Of a stretch of DNA of 36,348 nucleotides, positions 23,872 through 35,880 are shown piece after piece; positions within the stretch are counted from its first letter, which is position 1; the number at the start of each line of letters is the position of its first letter. This DNA comes from Octopus bimaculoides. Taxonomy: Eukaryota. The DNA lies in contig NC_068990.1 in the NCBI RefSeq assembly GCF_001194135.2, positions 76,904,350 to 76,940,697 on the forward strand. The letters run 5' to 3'. The notes under the pieces were generated by a model. That model saw nothing but the letters and a program-made list of their open reading frames with translations. It was not told the DNA's origin and made no database searches. A program made the translations under genes and the position numbers.

Positions 23872-24527
23872 CTGGAAAATATAACAATACGTTATTTGTA
23901 TTAATTTCTAGGCTGGAAATTCAGAAATGTTAATAATTCTCACCTAACTCTGTAAATTGTTGCTGTCACAATATGAAACTCATGTCAATGGACTATTACA
24001 TAGCAGTCTACAAGCGTAGCCTTTGCTAGATTTCGCACAAAGATTTTAAGATGAGAATGCTACAAATGATTGACGGAGATTGGGCGAATACTCTAATCTA
24101 AAATGGTGTCTGATATGGCTTGTATCCCTCTTTCCAAGGCCGTGAAAATCTTAGCTTGGGAAACATTCCTTCTTTATGCAATTCTATCAATAGGTATAAG
24201 AATGAACAGTGTTTAACAAGTAGATTGTAATAGATCGTAATGACCGAATTAGAAGAATAAAAGTAGAGCCACGACTCTGAACAGTGTTTTCAAGGAATGT
24301 GGAAAGGAGAAATTGTTTATCGTCTGAGATGGTCGTGCTTGGGAATCCAGCCAGAAAATATAATGACGAATGCTTCTGATAGATCCTAAGGAGGAAGTGC
24401 TTGAGAATTATATGCCCACGATCCTCTCAAGAATAGAGGGTGGAGAACTGGATGGCTGGCCATTTCAAATATTTTTAGCTGAAGAATATATGTGTTAGTG
24501 TACTTCTAAGTGCGTGCGGGAGCGCAC

Positions 24528-24575
<48 letters not shown>

Positions 24576-24603
24576 CTCCGTGTGTTTGTAAAGGAAAACT
24601 TAA

Positions 24604-24633
24604 CTGTTATACTTTTTGTAGTAGTTCCAGTTG
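24604..24633 (-). pseudogene. Degenerate micro-exon F (30 nt, TGTTTKSIT) with both homologous splice sites mutated
   Basis: Aligned to sister units the acceptor reads gatttcgCAA (not CAG) and the donor TTAAGT (not GTAAGT); frame still open. Confidence 0.7.
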
Positions 24634-25930
24634 TTGCGAAATCTAATGATAATACGTTTATTTTTTAATAATTCAGTGTTTGTGTGGGTACAGAAACGTT
24701 AGTTATTTACATTATATACTGTAGACTATTGTGCTTTTTGTTTGAAACTCATGGACATGGACTATTGCACAACACTCAATAGGTGTAGCCAGTTGTTTGA
24801 TCTAGAACAATGATTAATGACGAGCAAGCTACAAACAATTGGCAGAGATTGGGTGAATACCCTTATACGAAGTGGTGTCTAAAATTGCTTTTATCACTCA
24901 TTTCGTGGCTATCAAAACCTCAAGTTACGAAAACGTTCATTTTTTATGCAATAATCACACTACTTACATGAATGAACACTGAATAACAAATAAATTGCAA
25001 TAAATTAGTATGGGACTAAGAGTAGAGGCACAACTTATTACGGTACTTTCGAGAAATGTGGAAGGGAAATATACACAGGCCGGAGACCTGGAACGTTTGA
25101 AACAAAGGAGATTCTGTTGAAGTCTCTATGGGCTAGAATGAGGTGTTAAATCGGTGGACAGATTAAATTTACTAATCCTTTAAAAAGGATCCTACCTTCG
25201 AGATATAGTCATGCAGTTTCATTTATCAAATTTTACTGACAAGTAAAAATTAGAGCGCGAAGGGATAGGATTAAACCGGTTAACATATGGAGCGATCTTC
25301 GTTGTCATACCGTCACGCATGCACCGAAATTCATATAACGGGACCATGGAAGGCTATACTCAATGGAATGGATGTATCATAGATATTTGGGTTGATAATC
25401 CATTATTTAGGTTTTGAAATTCCTAGAGGATCTTGATATCAAGAATAAGGCACAGCTGACGTGAAAATCCAAGCATTATGTTTTTCTTCTTTAGTAGAGT
25501 TATCTGATTTTATATGACTCTGTATAGAAAACAGGGTAAATGTCCCCGGCCCATATTCCTGCTCATCGCTATCGAGATAGAGGTAGCTGTCTGCAAGTAT
25601 GCACCCCCTGATTCAGATTGGCTGTTTTAGTGCATCTCTCTTGCCATCCTCCAGAGTAGTTCCTTTTCCCCTTTTGTCTGCTGGCGCCAGGGAGGAAACT
25701 TATGAGAACGTTTAACCGCAGGTTTCACGAGAGAGCTTATATATAAAATAGTGTAGATATATATCTACGAATAATGTCATGTAAAATATAAAGGCTGAAA
25801 TGGATAAATGCAACGGTGTTCATTAAATCACTCCATCTTCGTTGGTGTACGAATCTGACCTAGCAAGATGGATATAATGAAAACCAGTTTCACAATGATG
25901 TCAGTGGTTTCGGAACACATCTTATTTACA

Positions 25931-25976
<46 letters not shown>

Positions 25977-26005
25977 CGTGCGTGCGCACGTAAGTAAAAA
26001 CTTAC

Positions 26006-26047
26006 CTGTTGTGCCTTTTGTTGTGACTTTTGTTGTAATTTCAGGGA
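26006..26047 (-). CDS. Thr-rich micro-exon G (42 nt, phase 1-1): PEITTKVTTKGTT
   Basis: tatattttgcag|TC CCT GAA ... ACA ACA G|gtaagttt; canonical sites, in frame, inside repeat unit. Confidence 0.85.
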
Positions 26048-28418
26048 CTGCAAAATATAACGATAGTAATTTTTTTTTTGTAATATTTCAGTGTTTGAGT
26101 GGTTTCAGAAACATTACTAAGCTACCTTATACATTGTAGACTGTTGCTATTATTGTTTGAGGCTCACAGCTATGAACTATTGGATAATTGTCAACTCATG
26201 TAGTCAGAAATTACATCTAATGCCAGGATTTTATGACTAGAAGGCTAGAAACGATTAACGGAGCTTGAATGAATACCCTAACCTGAAGTGCTGTCTGAAG
26301 TGGCTGTCATTGTGCTTCTAGTGGCCTTGAAAGCTCAGCTTATGAAAAGTATCGTTCCTTTTGATATATTCCCACCACTTATACCAATGAACTATGTTTA
26401 ACAAGTAAATTTTAATGCCTCAGTTTGAGTAATAACAGCGGATCTACGATTCCTTTCGAGGCTTACGAGAAATTATTCATAAGTCGGGGACATCGGATAA
26501 ACTCCTCCACGGATAATCACGCAGTTTGTTTCATTCATCCATTTTCACTGACAAGTGGTTGGTCAATCCAAGTTTATGGTAAAAAAAAACAAACAAAAAA
26601 AACAGTTGTTGAGGGTACGATACTGTCCGATTAAACCCGATAACATGTGAATCGCATTTCATTACTGTATATGCGCAGAAATGTACCGATAACTTGATCG
26701 TGATAGATCAAATCCAATTGTATGAAACGCACCTTTCATCTTTGGATTGATGACCCGTCACCTCGTCTTCGAAATTCTCAAATGATACTGATGTCAAGAA
26801 CAAGGCACTGTTGACGATAGACTCTAACTATTGTGTTTTTTTCTCTTAACATGTCGCAGTATAGAAAGCAGCAAATATTCACGAACTCAACAGCAAAATA
26901 TAAGGTTGTAATAAATAAAAGCAACAATATACATCAAGCCACCCATTCTTCATTGGTGTATTTACTTAACCTAACAAGATGAATGTAGTCAATATCAGTT
27001 ACGTAAGGATGTCTGGTTTCGGTGTATGTCTTGTTCATAAAACGAGTGCTGTGTTCACATGCAGTAGTACCTTTTTATTGAAATACATGTGTATATATAA
27101 CATATTCAAGGAACTATGCCGCAACAAATGTGCAGCAGATTACCAATTTTTACCCTTAAAATATGAAATATAAGTATGATATATCAACGTTTCTCCTCAC
27201 TGCTTTAGAAATATAATTATCCAATATGCTAATATAGTTTTTCTCACCGCACGTATACTTTGAATGAATCAAAATATTTTGGTTCACTACTTTTAGTACG
27301 TTTGTCCCCTTCTTAACCATTTGCTTTTGTGTGTAATAGACTACCACAGGTAATTTTCCCTATTCATATATTCGCCTTGTTATACCTGTTATTGCTAATG
27401 CAGTAAAAAGTTTTATATCACTCTGTTATCTCTGTTCATAAAACTACTGGCGCTATCATGTTTTGCCTCAGAGTTACAAAAAGACTGAAGCATGTCTGAT
27501 GTTTGTCACCATACTTACCAATGACCAGAATCACTCCACAATACTTGCACTAATCTAAGTGTCAATTAATTTAATCATTTAAATTATATCGAATCACTGT
27601 TTCACAAATTAATTAATGAATTGATTTGATTATATAAAATATAAACGAAATTATCTGCTTTTCTTGATCAGAATTTATTATTAAGTTAATAATTGTTTCT
27701 TCGCTACTGTTTAAATTTTAATTAATTAAAATATTTCAGTTCTCTTCGTTAATATGTAACTCACTGGGCTAAATTTTATAACATGTCTATTTACCAGAAA
27801 TGGGTTCTCTTTGTGAGGAAATATGCGTTGTACTAGATAACCTATGCTCTACATCACACTAAATTACAAACCCTGTGATATATATTGTAAACTGTATTCT
27901 ATATCGGAAAATCTTTCTGTATATGTTACTATCGATGCTTTACAGATATAATGAAACCCGTGCTTAGGTGTCAAAATCTGTACTCTAAAAAAAATGATGT
28001 ATACTATGGAACAAAAACAATTATATGCGTTACGCAAATGTATGAAATAGGTACTTACATGGAGGTAATGTTGCTGTAAAGTAGAAGAGTTTCAGGAGTT
28101 AATGTAAGAAAATATAAAAAAAAAATAAACGAATAAACAGTAAATAAGAAAATAAAAAATACAATAAACATTGAAAATAAATAGTTAAGAAGCGGCTACA
28201 ATGCAAATGTGGCTACAAACAACACTTCATAATATATTGGGTAGCATACTCCTACACAACAGGGTGAAATGGACAGAATCGTTGACGAGAAACAAACCGT
28301 TTTAATGTCGAATAGTGGACGACCATGCTTACATAAGGGTTGCTTTCCATATGTATCCAATGGGGAAGAATTCATTTGACTGTATGGATACTGCGGTACT
28401 TTTACATATATAGATGCA

Positions 28419-28453
<35 letters not shown>

Positions 28454-29089
28454 ATCGCTAAGATAACATATGCTATCCGAATTATAGTAGCTGGACACCA
28501 AAAGTTTGGCAAAATTCTTTAACTTTGCGCTTGAACGCAGTATATTACTGGTATATTAGAACCTATGTACCAGATATTCAATTAACGGAGCTGTCTACTC
28601 ATTCAATTGTGATATAAGAAGCCGAGTATACCAAACACACTTCTATTCTTCAAGTAGTTTTCACGCAGAATCGGCACGACAGAGTATGTAACAAGGTCAT
28701 GTCTTTGAATTCCTGGTGCAGTCCATTCGACGGACTTTTCTACATAGCTTCCGCGTACGAAATTTTCCGTTATATCTTTTTGCGTCAACCAGATGCTAAT
28801 TTAAAGAATACCTGTCTAAGATAAGGAATAAACTGCAACTCATTGGTTGATGCATCGGTAACGGCACACCAGAACATCCTCAGATTTAATCCAAATACTT
28901 GAGACATAATAAATAAGAAGTGCTTTCTAGTTAAAAACATTTTGAGAAGTGGCAGTTATAAATGTCCTAGATTATTGAAACTTTAATATATCATTACTAT
29001 TCATCTAATAAGCTGACTGACCAACTTTTGTTTTTCTAAATTGAAGGAGACACCCGAAACAGCATTTTGAACATAGCCTACTGAACACT

Positions 29090-29710
29090 GCTTGTCACAG
29101 CTGACTAGTCTGCAGAATGCAGTCCCGACGTGAAGACAATTTCGAAACACCCTAAGCAGTAACGTTTTGAGTTAAACTGGGCAACAATACCACAGAAATT
29201 TATGAAATGCTCCAGATTGCTCATCGATTAACTTGTGTAGACTAAGCATCGGTTTTTCGTTGACACGGGAGGTTAAAAGATGATGGAGAGGAGGTAAAAG
29301 ACGATGAAAGGGATGGGAGATAGGGGGACGTCAGAATATCAGAGTGTGTTGAGAAAATTCGTGTGTCTATAAAGACAACAAGGAGATAGTGTAGCGACTG
29401 CATACAGAATTATTTATGAAGATCTGAACATGCGCTTAATTTGTGCAAAATTTGTTTCCAAAATGTTCAGTGATGAACAAAAGGAAGGACGCATTGGTGA
29501 CTGCAGGGAGATGGTTGTGCTCATTACCTCCACCCCAAAAGTACTTGAGTCTCTGATGACCTGTGACGAAAGTTGGATCTACTGCTATGATCCAAAGACC
29601 GAGAGACAAAATGTCCAATGGAAGCAACCTGGCTCCCCCAGACTTAAGTAGGCCAGGCAAAGCAAATCCATCGGGAAGCTCAAGATGATACCCTTTTTCG
29701 ACAGCTAAAA
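29090..29710 (+). mobile_element. Decayed mariner transposase, N-terminal half
   Basis: KLGNNTTEIYEML, VKDDERDGR, DLNMRLICAKFVSK, MTCDESWIYCYDP (first catalytic D), QWKQPGSP. Confidence 0.85.
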
Positions 29711-30039
29711 TTTTCTGAGGGAAGTAAAATTTCACACTATACTGTTTAGTGCAATAAAGTGCAGTCTGACTAGATGATGCACATTTAATTCTGTTTTTTA
29801 GTGTGAATGAGCGATGCTTAATTAACCTTCTGTGATGCAATGTGACTGTTTTGTTTTCATGTAACAATGTCATGGAGAGAGGCTGAGTTTTCAGTTATGC
29901 GATTGAGTAATTAACAATAAATAGTAAAAAATTGGGAGATGTACAGTTTGGAGTTGTGCTGTGCAATTAATTCATATAGAATTTGCAGCATTATGAAGTG
30001 CGATTGAGTGATAGTGCTATCTAGCTATTAATATTCTCT

Positions 30040-30300
30040 GCTCACTATTCCTGGAAGAGTCGTAGAGGTAGAGTTTTCAGGCTCCTCTTCCATAGAGCTT
30101 TACCAGAAGCAACCGTCATTAGACTTTCCGGTTGGATTCCTGAGCGTGACCAAGCAAGTCTACGAATGTTATCCAAGCAACTCATTCTTGGTCTACCCCT
30201 AGATGTCCTGCTGGTTGGCTCTCGAATTGAAAGATTTGTCAAGCGATTCTTTCCTGTGACATTCTAATCAACTGTGTTACAAGGTGTGAATATTAGGTGT
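30040..30300 (-). mobile_element. RTE-clade LINE 3' end fragment
   Basis: SRGRPRMSCLDNIRR...ASGKALW resembles the RTE C-terminal RGRPR..W.DNI...A.DR..W motif. Confidence 0.7.
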
Positions 30301-30354
30301 ACAGTTAATTCTAAGTTATACGGTGAAAGGGAGAGAGGGAGAGAAAGTGAGTGA

Positions 30355-30404
<50 letters not shown>

Positions 30405-31139
30405 GAGAGAGAGAGACAGTGAAAAAGAAAGAGAAAGTGTGAAATTTTGCTATAAAGCCTAAGTGCTCAATCAAACCGGCAGTGTGCAACGTCGTGAGAG
30501 TTTTGAAATGTTCACGCAAAATGATGCGTACATTGGGTTCTGTGTTGCAAAATGTGCTATAAAAGATGCGAACACTTACGTTGAGTTTGCGGTACTGTAA
30601 AAAGAGATTGTGGCAAGTAGTTTTTCATTTTATGTTTCATGTAAAAACGAAAGTGCAGAACAAACTGAAAGTTAGTATGAATTATTGTTGTGCGTACATA
30701 TATACGTGAAATATAAAACGTGTACAGAGTTTCACGTAAGCGATCATCAGACATTATACACATACATACATGCACACATGTAAACATATGAACACACACA
30801 CACATTTACATACACCTACATGTACATACATGTATGCATAGTACATGAACATAGACACACACATACACAGAGAAACAACTGAAAGTCAGCATAAATTGTT
30901 ATACGCATGTATCTATTATATATATTTGTATATATGAAATATATGTATANNNNNNNNNNNNNNNNNNNNNNNNNNNNNNNNNNNNNNNNNNNNNNNNNNN
31001 NNNNNNNNNNNNNNNNNNNNNNNNNNNNNNNNNNNNNNNNNNNNNNNNNGGATAAAAAATTAGAAAGGAAGAATGAGCAAGCAAAACATGTGGTATCACT
31101 TTAGCGCATGTAATTTATAATAATATTTTTTTATAATAA

Positions 31140-31352
31140 TAATTCCAAATTTTTGCCATATGGGCAGCTTAGGGGAGGGGATTAAGTCGATTACATCGAT
31201 CCCATTGTGTAAGTGGTACTTATTTAATCGATCCCGAAAGAATGAATGGCAAAGTCAACCTCGGCGGAATTTGAACTCAGAACGTAGTGGCAGACGAAAT
31301 ACCGCTAAGCATTTCGCCAGGGGTGATAACGATTCTGCCAGCTCACGACTTT
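31140..31352 (-). mobile_element. SINE family A copy
   Basis: ggcaaagtcaacctcggcggaatttgaactcagaacgt..gacgaaataccgctaagcatttcgcc..taacgattctgccagctc. Confidence 0.85.
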
Positions 31353-33177
31353 AATGTTTATTTATGATAATACTTAACTAAAATAATACTTACTAGATCC
31401 ATCGTCGGGGGTGAGTAAGATTATAATCTTTCTTATTCTCTCATTGATCTGGTAAGTACTATTGTACTAAGGATATTCCTTAATTATTCGATGATGGGAC
31501 TGATAACTTCTAATATTCTTTAGTATTGGTATTCCTTAATATTTCCTCTCTGAAGATGGAATAGTTAGCTTATATGGAAGTATTTACTCAATGACCTATG
31601 CGCCATATGCACAGCTATTCTAGAAACAGCTGTAAGAAACTATGCATTATTTCTTACTCCCTTATTTACTACATATATGCATCTGTATACATATGTAAGA
31701 TTGTAAGATGCATATTTACTCTGTCAACTCTGCAGTTATGCTTGAATTATAAATTACTTGCTCTAAAGTGATAGCACATATTTCCTCATACATATGTATA
31801 TANNNNNNNNNNNNNNNNNNNNNNNNNNNNNNNNNNNNNNNNNNNNNNNNNNNNNNNNNNNNNNNNNNNNNNNNNNNNNNNNNNNNNNNNNNNNNNNNNN
31901 NNNNNNNNNNNNNNNNNNNNNNNNNNNNNNNNNNNNNNNNNNNNNNNNNNNNNNNNNNNNNNNNNNNNNNNNNNNNNNNNNNNNNNNNNNNNNNNNNNNN
32001 NNNNNNNNNNNNNNNNNNNNNNNNNNNNNNNNNNNNNNNNNNNNNNNNNNNNNNNNNNNNNNNNNNNNNNNNNNNNNNNNNNNNNNNNNNNNNNNNNNNN
32101 NNNNNNNNNNNNNNNNNNNNNNNNNNNNNNNNNNNNNNNNNNNNNNNNNNNNNNNNNNNNNNNNNNNNNNNNNNNNNNNNNNNNNNNNNNNNNNNNNNNN
32201 NNNNNNNNNNNNNNNNNNNNNNNNNNNNNNNNNNNNNNNNNNNNNNNNNNNNNNNNNNNNNNNNNNNNNNNNNNNNNNNNNNNNNNNNNNNNNNNNNNNN
32301 NNNNNNNNNNNNNNNNNNNNNNNNNNNNNNNNNNNNNNNNNNNNNNNNNNNNNNNNNNNNNNNNNNNNNNNNNNNNNNNNNNNNNNNNNNNNNNNNNNNN
32401 NNNNNNNNNNNNNNNNNNNNNNNNNNNNNNNNNNNNNNNNNNNNNNNNNNNNNNNNNNNNNNNNNNNNNNNNNNNNNNNNNNNNNNNNNNNNNNNNNNNN
32501 NNNNNNNNNNNNNNNNNNNNNNNNNNNNNNNNNNNNNNNNNNNNNNNNNNNNNNNNNNNNNNNNNNNNNNNNNNNNNNNNNNNNNNNNNNNNNNNNNNNN
32601 NNNNNNNNNNNNNNNNNNNNNNNNNNNNNNNNNNNNNNNNNNNNNNNNNNNNNNNNNNNNNNNNNNNNNNNNNNNNNNNNNNNNNNNNNNNNNNNNNNNN
32701 NNNNNNNNNNNNNNNNNNNNNNNNNNNNNNNNNNNNNNNNNNNNNNNNNNNNNNNNNNNNNNNNNNNNNNNNNNNNNNNNNNNNNNNNATATATGTATAT
32801 ATATATAATGAGTGTACTAGAGGGTACCCAAAAGAAACCAGAATTTTGCAATATTATTCACTTAGTGTTCAAAATATTCTCCATTTGAAATATATATATA
32901 TATATATTCTTTTATTCTTTTACTTTTTTCAGTCATTTGACAATTATACAATTTCGGCTCTCTTCTTCACAGTTGAGGGCTTGACTAACAATCAATAGGT
33001 ATCCATATTGAACAAAAAATTGCAAAGTGTTTATATATAAATTTTGAAATGGTTGGATTTGAATGCAAATGACAAGGAATGATTTAACTCGAAGCACATC
33101 AAGCTATAAATATTGACATGTAAATAAAACCAACAACAGTAGAAGTAAAGCTAGTTATAGTATTTTGTGATACTTAC

Positions 33178-33291
33178 AAATTTTACAGTAAAGTTCATCA
33201 GAACCGTCTGTACAGTCTTTTTTATCGTTGCATTTCAACTTCGAATCGATACACTGTTTGTTGTTACAAGTAAATTCATCTACAGAACATG
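33178..33291 (-). CDS. Exon 2: canonical LDLa repeat (phase 1-1, 114 nt)
   Basis: gctgtttcag|CA TGT ... AAA ATT T|gtaagta; CSVDEFTCNNKQCIDSKLKCNDKKDCTDGSDELYCKI, 6 Cys plus DCTDGSDE; lies within ORF 33155-33391. Confidence 0.95.
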
Positions 33292-33779
33292 CTGAAACAG
33301 CGACAATAGAGAAAGGACATGAAATGGAAGATATTACCATTTTACAGATTTCAAATACCATGGAAAAAAATCTTATGCTTTTATGCAACATAAATTATTT
33401 AATTTTCACTGGGTTTTAATCTACTAGCCCTTATGGTTTACAATGAATGTATATTACTTCTATTTATAAAGATAGTAAAACGCAAAGCTAAAGGCCGTAT
33501 TGGCTGCGGGTGAGGATAAGTCTACGAATCAGTTGTAGGAAAGAAGAAAAGAAGTGAAGTGACAAATGAATGATACAAGGTTTTATATGCGTGTGTCTAT
33601 CTATCTATCTATCTATCTATNNNNNNNNNNNNNNNNNNNNNNNNNNNNNNNNNNNNNNNNNNNNNNNNNNNNNNNNNNNNNNNNNNNNNNNNNNNNNNNN
33701 NNNNNNNNNNNNNNNNCTTCAAACCAATTTAAAAGTTCCTGTCTTTCAGATTCCCTATGACAGATATAATTATAACGCA

Positions 33780-34830
33780 AGAAATGCAAAGACATGAATT
33801 CATTCTTGTCATGTGTGCGGAGCCAGCGATTTAGAAATGATCACCTTCCTAAATGTGGGAAACTCTTTTGCATTCAAAGTTGGGGTAAAATTGGAAACCT
33901 CTTTTGAGAATGTTTCCATAGAGAAAACGTCATTCTAAACGTTCGGACACTATAAGGACACCGTAATTCATCAATAGAGTTCAAACATTGTTGATGATTA
34001 TCCCGAAAGTCTATGGGGACCATTGATAAAGAACTTCAGGTGTCAGAATGAACTATCAGGACTTTGGTGTATGAGGACATTCGCTTCAAGTCTATGAACT
34101 GAGGTGAGGCAAATTCATGTCCGAAAAGACACAAAACAACCGTTTGATCTGTGCTAAGCAGTCGTTTAACAAGGTTAAAAACACTCACAAACATGGCACG
34201 CTTTAGTTCTTTGAGAGAAAATTTTGTCCAAAACCAAAGTCTAATAGTCAGTTATGTGCTGGGCCGTTCTGATGTCCACAGAGTGATGCACACTTAGTTT
34301 CCAGCAACTGTGATGGCTTTAAGAGTGGTAAGTAAAGAAGGTCGTTACGCCATCTCACATCTTTCCTCGAGGATTTAGAATTGACGTTACTGGATATATT
34401 GAGTTGGTGGAGAAAGTTGTTCAGCCTCGTATAGTTGAAGTACTCAGTAGATACAACACCTTCTCATCCAGCGCACATGACCCAAGAATGGACGTCAAAC
34501 AATATTTACAATCATGTAACACCAAACTCGTGGCCCCCAAACTCGTCAGATTTAAATCCCATGGACTACTACTTGTGAAGCTTTGTTGAAAGGGAGACTA
34601 ATCTACAACCTAACAACACCATCGATTCACTGAAAGCTGCAATGGCCTAGGCATTGTACGAAGTGAATAATAACCAATAAATGCGGGCATGTCAACGATT
34701 CTACTCCTGCATTGAAGCAGTTATCGAAGCTGAATGTAGATTCAGAGAACAATCTTATAAGAAAACTTATCGAGATGTGCACAAAAATTAGTTTTAATTA
34801 AATTTAGGCTTAGCTAGATTAGAGTTGTTT
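33780..34830 (+). mobile_element. Decayed DD37D (maT/Bmmar1-type) Tc1/mariner transposon
   Basis: D-TTPSHPAHMTQEWTSNNIYNHVTPNSWPPNSSDLNPM-D (37 residues between D2 and D3), then DSLKAAM, RACQRF..CIEAVIEA; stops and frameshifts; TIRs not identified. Confidence 0.8.
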
Positions 34831-35088
34831 TATCAGATTATAATATATGTCCTCAAATACTACTATATACACGCGGGCGCGCGCGCACACACACAATATA
34901 TTTATCAGAAATACAGAGTGACGGTGAACTTGAACTTCCGCTGATCGAGCAACCTGGCTAGCCGTTGCCGGTGGAACATTGTTACTCAATCCCGCTATAC
35001 TTCTGATTAAAATAATTATTTAGAATACACACATGTATCAAATCCTTTTTTTTTCTATTTTAAGGACACTTAAATCAAAGATGTAGAC

Positions 35089-35281
35089 CAGTGGTTCCCA
35101 ACCCGTTTATTTAAATAAGTTTTCTCCCGGACCCTTTTAATATTCTTATCCTTATATATGTATATATATATATATATACATATGTGTGTGTGTGTGTGAA
35201 ATTTTGAATTTGGTCCATGGACTCCCAGTACTATCTTTTCGGACCACCAGGAGCCCGCGTACTCCAGGTTGAGAACCATTA
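35089..35281. mobile_element. hAT-type MITE (193 bp) with perfect 8-bp TSD
   Basis: TIRs cagtggttcccaacc / ggttgagaaccatta (3 mismatches); TSD atgtagac at 35081-35088 and 35282-35289. Confidence 0.88.
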
Positions 35282-35559
35282 ATGTAGACATACGCAAGCT
35301 CATGCATGTATATGTAACTATTTCAGTTTTTCAACTACCTCACATAATGTCGATCAGATTATATCGTATCACGAATATTATGTCGACGGCCAAGATATAT
35401 ATAGCTCTCAAATGGAGTAGTCTACCTAGCTATAGAGTGCCATAAGGGAAACAGCTAACTCAGAGACGTTTACTGGTTGTGTATAAATGAGTAGGTTTGC
35501 AAGTATGTTTCTGTGTATGAATGTGTAAGTCTATATGCGTATGTGTATGTGTGAATAGT

Positions 35560-35880
35560 AAAGGTGCGAGGATTAGTGGTTAGGATATTCGGCTCACGAC
35601 CGTCAGGTTGTGAGTTCAATTCCTGGTGATGCGTTGTGTCCTCGAGCAAGATATTTTATTGCATGTTGCACTAGTTCACTCAGCTGGCAAAAATGAGTAG
35701 TACCTATATTTCAAAAGGCTGGCCTAGTCACATTCTGTGTCTTGCTGAGTCTTCCTGAGAACTACGTTAATGGTACACGTGTCTGTGGAGTGCTCAGCCA
35801 CATGCACGTTAATTTCATGAGCAAGCTGTTCCATTGATCGGATCAGCTGGAACCCTCGTCGTCGTAAGGGACGGAGTGTC
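35560..35880 (+). mobile_element. tRNA-derived SINE sharing its 3' domain with family C
   Basis: Head ggattagtggttagg..gtgagttcaattcc; 3' gtacacgtgtctgtggagtgctcagccac.tgcacgttaatttca.gagca..ctgttcc.ttgatcgga matches the reverse complement of 16150-16260. Confidence 0.82.

Larger units (their letters stand above)
19540..27100. repeat. Tandem array of seven diverged exon-plus-intron units (approx. A 19540-20560, B 20600-21700, C 21700-22400, D 22410-23650, E 23700-24300, F 24490-25930, G 25930-27100)
   Basis: Recurring ordered motifs on + strand: (GT)n - cttac EXON ctg.aaaatataa(c/t)gat - ttcagtg - aggatttcatgac..gaagg..aga - gattgggtgaatac - cagattaaattta - ccatcttcattgg..aagatggatg - tgtcttattcat. 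Boundaries approximate. Confidence 0.9.

Noticed and set aside
19540-27100. CRISPR-like or satellite interpretation of the recurring motifs
   Set aside because: Eukaryotic context; units are about 1 kb, diverged and exon-bearing, with no short identical repeats separated by uniform spacers.
27519-28900. Possible exon pair (VFGLNLRMFWCAV...RQ, phase 1-0, and CKYCGVILVIG, phase 0-1) and ORF 28603-28788
   Set aside because: Phases could fit, but the peptides resemble no domain in this protein and the second acceptor is weak; needs RNA evidence.
7164-32888. Long ORFs in the track (7164-7896, 10129-10919, 12091-13063, 31763-32888)
   Set aside because: Mostly X from N-gaps; not evidence of coding sequence.
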